Source of the DNA: Rickettsiales bacterium
GTDB lineage: Bacteria > Pseudomonadota > Alphaproteobacteria > Rickettsiales > UBA3002
DNA: 33,900 nt
Direction of reading: 5' to 3'
Assembly: GCA_947441895.1 (NCBI GenBank)
Contig: CANEUT010000002.1
Location: forward strand, 1-33,900
Shown: one piece after another, positions 16,063 to 25,406 of the stretch
How positions within the stretch are numbered: position 1 is the first letter of the stretch
Layout of the letters: every line of letters starts with the position of its first letter
Position numbers and translations under genes: made by a program
The notes under the pieces: generated by a model
Told to the model about the DNA's origin: nothing
The model's database searches: none
What the model saw: only the letters and a program-made list of their open reading frames with translations

Positions 16063-17478
16063 ATGTCATTTAAATCGTCGCTGAAAATGTTGCTGACCGT
16101 TGCTGTGGTGTCGCTGGGCAGTGGCGGCGCGATGGCGAATACGGCGGGTGTCTTTCCCCAGAATGACGTGCTGAACTATCTGGAGCACGTGGTGCAGTGG
16201 CAGCGTGAAGCGTCCGTCATTGAGCCGGCCAACCATGCCCCGCGTGAGCTCATGTTTCAAGATACGGTGCGCCAGAATGCGCTGCGCGGTTTACGCGCCG
16301 GATTTAAATTTGCGCGGGCGCAAGCGTCCATCGCTCCGGCCGAGATGCTGACTGAGAACGGCGAGGCGAACCCCGCCCAACGCATGGTGCAACATGGCCG
16401 CGAGAACGATAAAAACATTGCGCAATTGCAAGCGCAGTTACGTGGTAAAATTTCAGCCGCCCAGCGTCAGCAATTGGAAGACAAACTGAAGCTTGCCCTA
16501 GCCCAACAAGATTTATTGGAAACGGTGCAGGCCAATTTTAATGCGGCGGCCAGTGGCGGTGGCGCAAGCTTTTCTGCCAAAATTGGCAATTTGCAACGCG
16601 GCATTCCGGCCATGCTCAGCGATGCCGACCCCGCCGAAGCGCAAGACCATAGCGCGGCTGCGCCGTTGGTTGCACTATCAAACAGCCTGTTCGGATTATC
16701 GGCCCAGCTGTTTGAACTCGCCCGCAAGCAGCGCGAGCTGCAAGCCTTTATGGCCAACACCGACGCGGTGGAGACGGTGGGGCGTGACATGCTGGCCAGC
16801 CTGCGCACCACACTGGATGATATCACGACATCGCAAACGGCCACCGCCGATGCGCGTGTGGCGGATTTTAAACAAGTCTCCACCGTGGTTGCACCACTGG
16901 CGGAAGCGAATGTGTGGATTAGCACCAGCAAAACCGCGCTGAAAGACTGGAATGAAACACTGGGCAACCAATTTACAAGCGTGCTGAAACAGTTTGCTGT
17001 GGCGCTTGGGTTGCTGCTGGCCATGCTGGCGGTGCCGCTGGTGCTGAGCGAAGTAGCCGCCCGTATGATTGCGCGTTATGTAAGCGACTCCAAACGGCAA
17101 CGGCAAGCGAACATGGCACGTCGCATAATGGTGGGGGTGGCGGTGGTGTTTGTGTTGCTGTTGCATTTCATCAGTGACTTTAGTTCCGTGGTGACCTTTG
17201 CCGGATTTATTACGGCAGGTTTAGCGGTGGCGTTGCAAGGCGTGTTGTTATCGTTGGTGGCGCATTTTCTGTTCTATGGTCGCTATGGTGTGCGCGCCGG
17301 TGACCGGGTGAATGTGGCTGGTGTTACCGGCGATATTGTACAGATTGGCATGGTGCGGTTTTATCTGCGCGAGCTGCACAGTAATGCTGAAGGCGTGCTT
17401 GAGCCAACGGGCAAGGTGGTGGCCTTCCCCAACTCCATTTTATTTCAGCCATCGGCCTTTTATAAATATGTTGGCTAG
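16063..17478 (+). CDS. mechanosensitive ion channel (MscS) family protein with signal peptide and coiled-coil periplasmic region
   Basis: 471 aa. The order is a signal-like N-terminus, a Gln/Ala-rich helical region, several TM segments, and then the MscS beta-domain signature GDRVNVAGVTGDIVQIGMVRFYLREL...VVAFPNS. Confidence 0.7.
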   Translation: MSFKSSLKMLLTVAVVSLGSGGAMANTAGVFPQNDVLNYLEHVVQWQREASVIEPANHAPRELMFQDTVRQNALRGLRAGFKFARAQASIAPAEMLTENGEANPAQRMVQHGRENDKNIAQLQAQLRGKISAAQRQQLEDKLKLALAQQDLLETVQANFNAAASGGGASFSAKIGNLQRGIPAMLSDADPAEAQDHSAAAPLVALSNSLFGLSAQLFELARKQRELQAFMANTDAVETVGRDMLASLRTTLDDITTSQTATADARVADFKQVSTVVAPLAEANVWISTSKTALKDWNETLGNQFTSVLKQFAVALGLLLAMLAVPLVLSEVAARMIARYVSDSKRQRQANMARRIMVGVAVVFVLLLHFISDFSSVVTFAGFITAGLAVALQGVLLSLVAHFLFYGRYGVRAGDRVNVAGVTGDIVQIGMVRFYLRELHSNAEGVLEPTGKVVAFPNSILFQPSAFYKYVG

Positions 17479-18317
17479 GGTTTTTGAATGATCACATCGC
17501 TGGGCAAAAACTCATCGACCGCAAGGGCGGGCAGGGCGCTCACTTCCTCATAATAAGGGGTGAAGTCGGGCCGGGTGCTTTCCAGTAATTGCTCGAAACT
17601 ATCGATGACAAAATAATGATGCTGATATTGGTCAATGCGATATTTCTGGCGCATGATGCGCTTCACATCATAGCCCACATGAATGGCTTCCGGGCTGAGC
17701 GAAAAAACCGATTCGCCGGGTGATGACGCAATGCCCGCGCCATAAATGCGGCGGCCCTCGGGTGTGTTAATCAGCCCAAATTCAATGGTGAACCAATAGA
17801 GCGCTTCTAAATGGCCCACATGGCCAAGCTGCTGGGCTTTCAGCCCGCCCGCGCCAAAAGCCTGACTATAATCAGCAAATAGCGGGTTCGCGAGCATGCT
17901 GACATGGCCGAACATCTCGTGAAAAATATCGGGTTCCTCCAGATAATCCACCTCATGCGGCTGGCGAATGAAGGCGGTGACAGGGAATTTACGCGCGGCG
18001 AGCAAGGCGAAAAAGGCTTCCACGGGAACAAGGCCCGGCACACAAACCAACTGCCAGCCTGTTGTTTTCATTAGTTTCTCGCTCACGCGATCAAAGTTTG
18101 GAATGCCGTCGGAGTTATCAAAATCGAGCAGCTTGATGCCTTCCAGATATTCTTTGCAGGCGCGGTTGGCCAGAATGGGCATGTTGCGCGCATAGAGATG
18201 GTGCCACATCGCGTGATCGGCTGCGGTGAATTGTTCCCACTTAAAATCAATCGTCATATCATCATGCACGTGGCTGTAATCGCCGCGCAGCTGGCCATGA
18301 TCTTCTTTTAGTGACAT
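17475..18317 (-). CDS. phhA: phenylalanine 4-hydroxylase
   Basis: 280 aa. It carries the aromatic amino acid hydroxylase core: PDIFHEMFGHVSML (2-His iron ligands), YWFTIEFGL and IYGAGIASSPGE. Confidence 0.9.
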   Translation of the reverse strand: MSLKEDHGQLRGDYSHVHDDMTIDFKWEQFTAADHAMWHHLYARNMPILANRACKEYLEGIKLLDFDNSDGIPNFDRVSEKLMKTTGWQLVCVPGLVPVEAFFALLAARKFPVTAFIRQPHEVDYLEEPDIFHEMFGHVSMLANPLFADYSQAFGAGGLKAQQLGHVGHLEALYWFTIEFGLINTPEGRRIYGAGIASSPGESVFSLSPEAIHVGYDVKRIMRQKYRIDQYQHHYFVIDSFEQLLESTRPDFTPYYEEVSALPALAVDEFLPSDVIIQKP

Positions 18318-18430
18318 ATGCTCTCCATCATTTCAGGTGAGTCTAGCCCTTTCGCAGTTGCGTGGCTAGGCCTTGCCAGTGCGTTGCACCATGGCTATGG
18401 TGGCGTCCTGTCCTTTAAAAGGAGTATCAT

Positions 18431-19537
18431 ATGCAAGCCGCAACCACTGCACTCATTGAACCCACCATCAACCCCATGGGCACCGATGGATTTGAATTCG
18501 TTGAATATGCCGCGACCGACCCCTCGGAGCTGGAAGCGCTGTTCACCAAGCTTGGCTTCAGCAAAATTGCCAAACATCGTTCGAAGAATGTGTATCTCTG
18601 GCGTCAGGGCGATATTAATTTCATTTTGAATGGTCAGCCCGGCAGTCAGGCGGAGGACTTCTTCAACGCGCATGGCCCATCGGCCAATGCCATGGCCTTC
18701 CGCGTGAAAGATGCGGCGAAAGCCATCGCCCGCGCGCGCGAACTGGGCGCAAAAGTCATTGAAAGCAAAGTGGGCCCCATGGAGCTGAACGTGCCCGCCA
18801 TTGAAGGTATTGGTGGCAGTTTGCTTTACCTTGTTGATCGCTATGGCGAGCAGTCGATTTATGACATCGATTTCGTGCCGCTGCCGGGCGTTGACCAGCA
18901 CCCCAAAGGCAATGGCCTGACGTATATTGATCACCTGACGCATAATGTCAGCCGTGGTAATATGGATAAATGGGCCCAGTTTTATGAGCATTTGTTTAAC
19001 TTCCGTGAGATTCGTTATTTCGATATCGAAGGTCACCTGACCGGCCTTAAAAGCAAAGCCATGACCAGCCCCTGCGGCAAAATTCGTATTCCCATCAACG
19101 AATCATCGGATGATAAATCGCAGATTGAAGAATTTCTGCGCCAATATAAGGGCGAGGGCATTCAGCACATTGCGCTGGGCACCGATGATATTTATGCGAC
19201 GGTTGAAAGCCTGAAGCAAAAGCAGATCATCTTCATGGATGCACCACCCGAAACCTATTATGATGGGCTGGCCAAGCGCCTGCCATGGCACTGCGAAGAC
19301 GTGGCGCGCCTCAAGCGCAACGGCATTTTAATGGATGGTGCGCCAGGCACCACTGAAGGCGCAGAGGATGGTGGCATTCTGCTGCAAATTTTCACCAGCA
19401 CCGTTATCGGCCCCATATTTTATGAGGTGATTCAGCGCAAAGGTGATGAAGGGTTTGGTGAAGGTAATTTCCGCGCGCTGTTTGTGTCGATTGAAGAAGA
19501 CCAAATTAAACGCGGCGTGTTGCAACCGAAAGGCTAA
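18431..19537 (+). CDS. hppD: 4-hydroxyphenylpyruvate dioxygenase
   Basis: 368 aa and collinear with Pseudomonas/Legionella-type HppD: [82 protein letters not shown] lies 8 nt upstream of the ATG. Confidence 0.93.
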   Translation: MQAATTALIEPTINPMGTDGFEFVEYAATDPSELEALFTKLGFSKIAKHRSKNVYLWRQGDINFILNGQPGSQAEDFFNAHGPSANAMAFRVKDAAKAIARARELGAKVIESKVGPMELNVPAIEGIGGSLLYLVDRYGEQSIYDIDFVPLPGVDQHPKGNGLTYIDHLTHNVSRGNMDKWAQFYEHLFNFREIRYFDIEGHLTGLKSKAMTSPCGKIRIPINESSDDKSQIEEFLRQYKGEGIQHIALGTDDIYATVESLKQKQIIFMDAPPETYYDGLAKRLPWHCEDVARLKRNGILMDGAPGTTEGAEDGGILLQIFTSTVIGPIFYEVIQRKGDEGFGEGNFRALFVSIEEDQIKRGVLQPKG

Positions 19538-19540
19538 GCG

Positions 19541-20689
19541 ATGAAAAAATATATAAGCTTTCCACGCGTCGCTGGCGTTTCATCACGTCAGGCGCATTGC
19601 GATTTGCCCGAGGGAACGTTCGAGCGTGAATTTGGCCGCGAGGGTTTTTTCGGCCCCACCACGCATTTGCATCATGCTCATAAACCCACCGGATGGATTC
19701 ACTGGGAAGGCGATTTGCTGCCGCGCGCGTTCGACTTGAACAAGCTGCCACAGCCCGTTTCCAGCCCATGGCATGCCACGCCGCTGTTTCACAATTCCAC
19801 CTGCAGCATGCGCTATTGGTGGCTGCGTGGAGCCATGGATCATTTGGTGACCAATGCTGATGGTGATGAGCTGCTGTTCATTCACGAAGGTCGTGGTGAT
19901 TTGTTCTGCGACTTTGGGCATCTGGCGTTTAAAGCGGGCGATTACATCACCATGCCGCGCGGCGCGAAGTGGCGAATCACGGCAGAAAGTGACGCAAAAA
20001 TTCTCCTCATCGAATCGAAATACGATGGTTATCGCCTGCCAGAAAAAGGCTTAGTGGGTGATCATGCGATTTTTGATGCGGCCATGCTCGACGTGCCAGA
20101 ATTGAACGAAGCCTATAAAGACCAGATGGATGAAAAAGAGTGGAAAGTGGTTATGCGCAGCCGCGGCAAATTCACTACCGTCACCTATCCGTTTAACCCG
20201 CTCGATGTGGTGGGCTGGCATGGCGATAATTTGCCGGTGCGCATTAACTGGCGCGATATTCGACCGCTGATGAGCCACCGCTATCACCTTGCACCATCGG
20301 CCCACACCACGTTTGTGGGCAATCGCTTTGTGGTGTGCACCTTTGTGCCACGCCCCGCCGAGATGGATCCGGGTGCGCTAAAAGTTCCGTTCTATCATTC
20401 GAACAATGATTTTGATGAGATTATTTTCTATCACCTCGGTCAGTTTTTCAGCCGCGATAATATTCACCCCGGCATGATTACTTTGCACCCCGCGGGCTTT
20501 GCTCACGGGCCGCATCCCAAAGCGTTCAAGCTGGCTGCCGAGGCCGACAAAAACCGCAAACCCACCGACCCCGCAAAAATACTCGATGAGGTGGCGGTGA
20601 TGATTGATACGCGTGAGGCGGTAGAAATTGCTAGTGAGACCGCTGAATTCGAAGATAAAAACTATGCCATGTCATGGAAGGAATCGTAA
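19541..20689 (+). CDS. hmgA: homogentisate 1,2-dioxygenase (short, about 380-aa type)
   Basis: 382 aa with cupin-type HGO motifs: FYHSNNDFDEIIFYHLGQFFSRD and ITLHPAGFAHGPHPKAF. It sits directly after hppD (3-nt gap) and before the FAH-family and maiA genes. Confidence 0.8.
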   Translation: MKKYISFPRVAGVSSRQAHCDLPEGTFEREFGREGFFGPTTHLHHAHKPTGWIHWEGDLLPRAFDLNKLPQPVSSPWHATPLFHNSTCSMRYWWLRGAMDHLVTNADGDELLFIHEGRGDLFCDFGHLAFKAGDYITMPRGAKWRITAESDAKILLIESKYDGYRLPEKGLVGDHAIFDAAMLDVPELNEAYKDQMDEKEWKVVMRSRGKFTTVTYPFNPLDVVGWHGDNLPVRINWRDIRPLMSHRYHLAPSAHTTFVGNRFVVCTFVPRPAEMDPGALKVPFYHSNNDFDEIIFYHLGQFFSRDNIHPGMITLHPAGFAHGPHPKAFKLAAEADKNRKPTDPAKILDEVAVMIDTREAVEIASETAEFEDKNYAMSWKES

Positions 20690-20690
20690 A

Positions 20691-20760
20691 TGTCATCCTG
20701 AACGAATGTGAAGGATCTCAAGCCGCATGATCAAGATTCTTCGCGTTGCTCAGAATGACA
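20691..20760. repeat. imperfect 25-26-bp inverted repeat (REP/MITE-like hairpin) between hmgA and the FAH gene
   Basis: The left arm is TGTCATCCTGAACGAATGTGAAGGAT (20691-20716). The reverse complement of the right arm (20736-20760) is TGTCATTCTGAGCAACGCGAAGAAT. The TGTCATyCTGArC...GAAGrAT arms resemble a palindromic intergenic repeat family seen in various bacteria. Confidence 0.55.
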
Positions 20761-20782
20761 TAAAACTGCAAAGGAGAAAAAC

Positions 20783-21784
20783 ATGAAACTCGCAACCTTA
20801 AAAAACGGCACGCGCGATGGTGCGCTGTATGTAGTCGATCGTGCGCTGAAGCAGGCAGTCAGCGCTGCTGGTATTGCACCAACCCTGCAAGCCGCGCTCG
20901 ATGATTGGGCGACCATCGCCCCAAAACTGACAAAACTGTACGATGATTTAAACGCGGGCAAAGCAAGTGGCGCTGTAGCGTTTGATAGTCACCAATGTGC
21001 GGCACCGCTGCCACGTGCCTATCAATGGGTTGATGGTTCGGCCTATGTCAACCATGTGGAGCTGGTGCGCAAAGCGCGCGGGGTGGAAATGCCCGCCAGC
21101 TTCTGGACAGATCCGCTGATGTATCAGGGCCTGTCGGATAGTTTCATTGGCCCGCATGATGATATTGAACTGGCCGATGAATCCTGGGGCATTGATTTCG
21201 AGGCCGAAGTTACGGTGGTGACGGATGACGTGCCCATGGCGGTCAATGCTGCTGATGCGCGCTCGCACATTAAACTTCTCATGCTGGTGAATGATGTTTC
21301 GCTGCGTTACATGGCGAAGGATGAGCTGCAAAAAGGCTTCGGTTTTGTGAACTGCAAGCCTACCTGTGCCTTCTCGCCCGTGGCCGTCACGCCGGATGAG
21401 CTGGGCGATTCATGGGATGGTGGTAAAGTGCATTTGCCACTCGTCACCCATCGTGGCGACCAGCTGTTCGGCAAGCCAAACGCAGGGGTTGATATGGTGT
21501 TTGATTTTGGCACCCTCATCGCTCACGCTGCCAAAACCCGCCGCCTCACGGCTGGCAGCATTGTGGGTTCGGGCACGGTGTCGAACAAAGATCGCAGCGT
21601 TGGATCATCCTGCATTGTGGAACAACAGACGCTGGAGAAGTTGGATACGGGTGAGGTAAAAACCCCGTTTCTGAAATTTGGCGAACAAGTGCGCATCGAA
21701 ATGTTCGATGCCACGGGTCAAAGCATTTTTGGTGCCATTCATCAAAAGCTGGTGCGTTATGCATTGGCTGCGAAAGCTGCGTAA
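20783..21784 (+). CDS. fumarylacetoacetate hydrolase family protein (likely the FAH step of the homogentisate pathway)
   Basis: 333 aa. It has an FAH-family C-terminal fold pattern (DFEAEVTVV..., GSGTVSN). The position between hmgA and maiA supports the role. AAGGAGAAAAAC precedes the ATG. Confidence 0.75.
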   Translation: MKLATLKNGTRDGALYVVDRALKQAVSAAGIAPTLQAALDDWATIAPKLTKLYDDLNAGKASGAVAFDSHQCAAPLPRAYQWVDGSAYVNHVELVRKARGVEMPASFWTDPLMYQGLSDSFIGPHDDIELADESWGIDFEAEVTVVTDDVPMAVNAADARSHIKLLMLVNDVSLRYMAKDELQKGFGFVNCKPTCAFSPVAVTPDELGDSWDGGKVHLPLVTHRGDQLFGKPNAGVDMVFDFGTLIAHAAKTRRLTAGSIVGSGTVSNKDRSVGSSCIVEQQTLEKLDTGEVKTPFLKFGEQVRIEMFDATGQSIFGAIHQKLVRYALAAKAA

Positions 21785-22426
21785 ATGAAGCTCTATAGCT
21801 ATTTTCAATCCAGCGCGTCGTATCGCGTGCGTATTGCACTGAACCTGAAGGGGCTTGCGCCGGAAATGCTGCCGGTGAATCTGGTCGCTGCCGCTCAGCG
21901 TGATGCGGCGTATGCCGCCGTAAATCCGCAAATGATGGTGCCGAGTTTAGATGTGGGGGGCAATGTCATCACCCAGTCGCTCGCCATCATGGAATATCTG
22001 GAGGAGGCGCATCCGAGTCCGCCGCTGCTGCCGAAAGACGCCATCACCCGCGCGCATGTGCGGGCATTCGCGCTGGCCATTGCCACCGATATTGCGCCGC
22101 TGGGTAATTTAAAAATCCGTAAATACCTCACCACCGGCTTTGGCATTCCCGAAGATGAGGTGAAGGTGAAATGGTTGCAGCATTGGATTGCCGATGGGCT
22201 GGCCGCGCTTGAGAAGCTGCTCGTTGCCTCGCCACACACCGGCACCTATTGCTTCGGCGATTCACCCACCATGGCTGATTGTTGCCTTATTCCGCAATTA
22301 TTCGTCGCGCGCCGGTTCGAGGTCAATCTTGCTCCATTCCCAACCATTGCCCGCATTGCTGCCACCTGTGAAGCGCACCCCGCATTCATGGCTGCACACC
22401 CCAGCAAACAGGCCGATGCAGCCTAG
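21785..22426 (+). CDS. maiA: maleylacetoacetate isomerase (zeta-class GST)
   Basis: 213 aa. The N-terminal YFQSSASYRVRIALNLKG is zeta-class SSxSxRVRIAL-like. The ATG immediately follows the upstream TAA. Confidence 0.85.
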   Translation: MKLYSYFQSSASYRVRIALNLKGLAPEMLPVNLVAAAQRDAAYAAVNPQMMVPSLDVGGNVITQSLAIMEYLEEAHPSPPLLPKDAITRAHVRAFALAIATDIAPLGNLKIRKYLTTGFGIPEDEVKVKWLQHWIADGLAALEKLLVASPHTGTYCFGDSPTMADCCLIPQLFVARRFEVNLAPFPTIARIAATCEAHPAFMAAHPSKQADAA

Positions 22427-23499
22427 CTTTTCAGCTTGATAAACAGTGCCGATCCAATGACGAATGCTCGTGCCACGTGCGCTTCATTTTTCTTCATCCA
22501 CGCGTCAGCCGCTACTTGTGGCCCATCACCAAACGCCCATTGATAATCATCGATGATTATCCAGCCACCAGGCACTACCAGCGGCATCCAATCGTCAATA
22601 TCGTGCGTGATATGCGCTAAATCATGGTTGCCATCGATATGTAAGCACGCAATATGTCCACCATAAACAGTGGTGCCGAACGCTTCACTGCTTACCGAAA
22701 ACCCAAGCTTATATTGGTGACGCAGCTGATGCGACTGGCCACGTAGGTAATTCACGCGGCCATAATAGGGCATTAAATTTATTTGAAACCCTTGAAACGC
22801 ACTTTCAAAATCAAGTTCGCGGGCTTCGGCATTGACATGTTCACCCACGCCATCTTGATGTGCGGCGGCATTTTGCCATGGGTCAATACAGAGCAGCTGG
22901 CCAATGCCATAATGGTTAGCGAGCGTAGCCAGCACATAGGCCGAACGCCCCCAAAAACTGCCAATTTCAATAATGTCACCTTTAGGGCAACTGCGCGCAG
23001 CTTCCATGAGGGCCATAATTTTTTCATCACTCGACTGGCCGTCAATCCGCAGCGCATGACTTAAAAGTGATGCTTGCTGCAAGCGGTTCAGTGCAGGCGT
23101 TTCATTTTTTATGTCAAGGCTGAAGGGTGTTTTCAGCAACGTGTCAAGCTGTGCAAAAATAGATTGCTGATAGCGAATGGTGGTCGCTGCAAAATGGTCG
23201 GACGTATCAAGCGTCACCGTTAGTTGATGTTTAGTAATAAGCGCTTTTAAGTAACGCGAAATGATGGGGTGACGGGTAAAGATTGAACCGATGTTTTTTT
23301 GTTTTATGAGGGCTAGAAAAGCATCTTCAAACGCAGCATCGGTGACGAACGGTAAAAATTCCCAGTCCTCATAAAGCGCCGCGGCAGGATCATTGATGAT
23401 GGATGATGCGCCAACAGCTTTGGTGTTCGTTGGTTGCAGACGGCGCATATGTTCAAGCGATTCAGGCGCACCACCAGGAAAAAAAAGGGTGGTGGTCAT
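22423..23499 (-). CDS. class I SAM-dependent methyltransferase (Methyltransf_24-like C-terminal domain) with unknown N-terminal domain
   Basis: 358 aa. Motifs are IIEIGSFWGRSAYVLA (motif I-like), LLCIDPW, LHIDGNHD and GGWIIIDDY. The start overlaps the upstream gene stop by 4 nt (ATGA). Confidence 0.7.
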   Translation of the reverse strand: MTTTLFFPGGAPESLEHMRRLQPTNTKAVGASSIINDPAAALYEDWEFLPFVTDAAFEDAFLALIKQKNIGSIFTRHPIISRYLKALITKHQLTVTLDTSDHFAATTIRYQQSIFAQLDTLLKTPFSLDIKNETPALNRLQQASLLSHALRIDGQSSDEKIMALMEAARSCPKGDIIEIGSFWGRSAYVLATLANHYGIGQLLCIDPWQNAAAHQDGVGEHVNAEARELDFESAFQGFQINLMPYYGRVNYLRGQSHQLRHQYKLGFSVSSEAFGTTVYGGHIACLHIDGNHDLAHITHDIDDWMPLVVPGGWIIIDDYQWAFGDGPQVAADAWMKKNEAHVARAFVIGSALFIKLKS

Positions 23500-25406
23500 C
23501 GACGATAGCTCTCTAAATTTTGTCTGATGATGTCTTTTATCAGCTGGCCAGCGCCTGAACCATAGGATTCTGCCTCAAACAGCAGGTGATTTTTGGCGGT
23601 AATTTCGTCGCACAATCGTGCGTGATACGCCTCATCATTGGCCAGTTTCACTGCCGCTATGGCATAATCTTCCAAACTGTCGGCAAGTGGCGCATCGGCT
23701 ATGCCCATGATAGAATAATAGGAAAGCACCACACGCCCACGGGCATAATTCCCCGGCATGGTAACAATGGGCAGGCCAAAGGCAAAGGCATATTGCGCCG
23801 TGGTGCCGCCACCAAAATAAATGGTGTCCAGAATGGCATCTGCCGCGCGCAGAATACTAAATAGCACTTCACGAGGTTGCCAGTTAAGGAACATCACGCG
23901 CGCCGGGTCGCATTGCTTTAGAATACGTTGCTGCAGCAAACTGCTCGATATTTGTTGGGCGAAATCATTAAACAACACAATCGTTGCATTGGCATCACGC
24001 GCAAGAATATCGCCTAACACCGCATCAAAATCGGGGTGAATTTTTTGAATGGCCATAGGGCAAATGTAAAGTTTTTTACCTTCCGGAAGACCAAGCTCGG
24101 CACGGGTTAGCCAGCGCTCAGGAGCATTCGGACGATTGAAAACCGTATCGATGCTTGGGTTGCAAAGCAGGCGTTCGGTGTAGTTTTCATTCGCGTGCGG
24201 CGGTTCATAGCTGCGCGAGGAAATCACATAATCAATCGTGTCGATGCCGGTAGTTTCGGGGTGACCTTGAAAACATGCCTGATGCGGCGCAAGCCGTGCC
24301 ATGGCCATGTAATGGGTGGTCGCATCCATGCCAATGTCAGGATAAATAATAAGGTCGAGCTTCCTATCGGCGACAACTTTATGCGCCGCACTAATGTTTT
24401 TAGGCAGTGAAACAATGGGAATACCTGCGACGATAATTTCCTGGATTTTTTCATCCATCACGTTGGCGAGGTTGAAGAATGTCACTTCAAATTCTGGCAA
24501 TCTGCTGAGATGAATCATGACATTGCGATAGCAGTTGCCAACCGAGTGGTTATGCATGTGTTTGGAGATAAACCCAATGCGAATGGCCGCATTGGGGCTT
24601 GTTATCGCCGCTTTGCAATGGGGCGCCACATAGTTAAGTTCAGGCGCGCAGAGGCGCAGCATGCGGGTGTAGCGCTGTAATAATTCTTTATTGTCGCGGT
24701 TATGAAACGCCAGCGCAAACAGTGGATGATTCGATAGCATGAGAAGATTAATGGACGGCTTTTCTTTGCTGAACCGATCGATGGATGCCGAAAAAGCCGC
24801 CCGCACAGCGTCGATTTCATCCACCGACAAATAAAAGCGCGGCATGTAGGTTTCATAAATCATGCGAAACGATGCGGGCACCCGAAATTTTTTGCAGAGT
24901 GCAGCGTAAGCGGCGTCGGCCTCTTCAAGACGGTTGTCGACTTTAAGTGCAATGGCCTGAAACTGGTGCAGCTCAACATCATTCGGGAAATTTGGAAGAA
25001 TTCTCTCTAAATAATCGGGCACCAAATGGGCCTGCTGAAAGCGCAGGTTTCTACTCACCAAAGTCGCATGAGTTCTCGCTTCATGCGGCGCCACCTGCAC
25101 TGCCAATTCAGCGATTTTTACTGCATCAATAAAATTGTTTTTGCTCTCAAGCAGTGCGCTCAGCATAATGTAACTATCGACGTAATTGGGGTCGGTGCGA
25201 ATGGCGCGCTGATAAAATTCCAAGGCCCCATCATAATGCCCAGCATTATGTAGAATAAATGCGCTTTGATAAATGGCTTCTACATGGTTGGGGTTCATTG
25301 CCAACACCTGCTGATACAAATCAAATGCCTCTTGCCCACGCTGTTTTGCAAACGCGTTTTGCGCCAGCTTTATTAATTTACGGGTCGATGGTGCAGGTTG
25401 GTTCAT
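23496..25406 (-). CDS. TPR-repeat protein fused to a GT41/SPINDLY-like (OGT-family) glycosyltransferase domain; FlmG-like candidate protein glycosyltransferase
   Basis: 636 aa. N-terminal TPR repeats are present (AFDLYQQVLAMNPNHVEAIYQSAFILHNAGHYDGALEFYQRAIRTDPNYVDSY...). The C-terminal part has GHPETTGIDTIDYVISS...NYTERLL...ICPMAIQKIHPDFD, as in COG3914-type transferases. Confidence 0.7.
   Translation of the reverse strand: MNQPAPSTRKLIKLAQNAFAKQRGQEAFDLYQQVLAMNPNHVEAIYQSAFILHNAGHYDGALEFYQRAIRTDPNYVDSYIMLSALLESKNNFIDAVKIAELAVQVAPHEARTHATLVSRNLRFQQAHLVPDYLERILPNFPNDVELHQFQAIALKVDNRLEEADAAYAALCKKFRVPASFRMIYETYMPRFYLSVDEIDAVRAAFSASIDRFSKEKPSINLLMLSNHPLFALAFHNRDNKELLQRYTRMLRLCAPELNYVAPHCKAAITSPNAAIRIGFISKHMHNHSVGNCYRNVMIHLSRLPEFEVTFFNLANVMDEKIQEIIVAGIPIVSLPKNISAAHKVVADRKLDLIIYPDIGMDATTHYMAMARLAPHQACFQGHPETTGIDTIDYVISSRSYEPPHANENYTERLLCNPSIDTVFNRPNAPERWLTRAELGLPEGKKLYICPMAIQKIHPDFDAVLGDILARDANATIVLFNDFAQQISSSLLQQRILKQCDPARVMFLNWQPREVLFSILRAADAILDTIYFGGGTTAQYAFAFGLPIVTMPGNYARGRVVLSYYSIMGIADAPLADSLEDYAIAAVKLANDEAYHARLCDEITAKNHLLFEAESYGSGAGQLIKDIIRQNLESYRR

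Noticed and set aside
18318-18430. Inverted repeat CTAGCC-N15-GGCTAG in the phhA-hppD divergent region as a regulator site
   Set aside because: It is only 6 bp, no regulator gene is in the window, and I cannot distinguish it from chance without comparative data.
18395-19036. 213-aa minus-strand ORF opposite hppD
   Set aside because: The hppD assignment is very strong, so the antisense ORF is a frame shadow. The same reasoning applies to 25535-26266 (opposite DegT), 27519-28127 (opposite the CMAH-like gene), 16467-17166 (opposite MscS) and 31096-31969 (opposite the flavoprotein).
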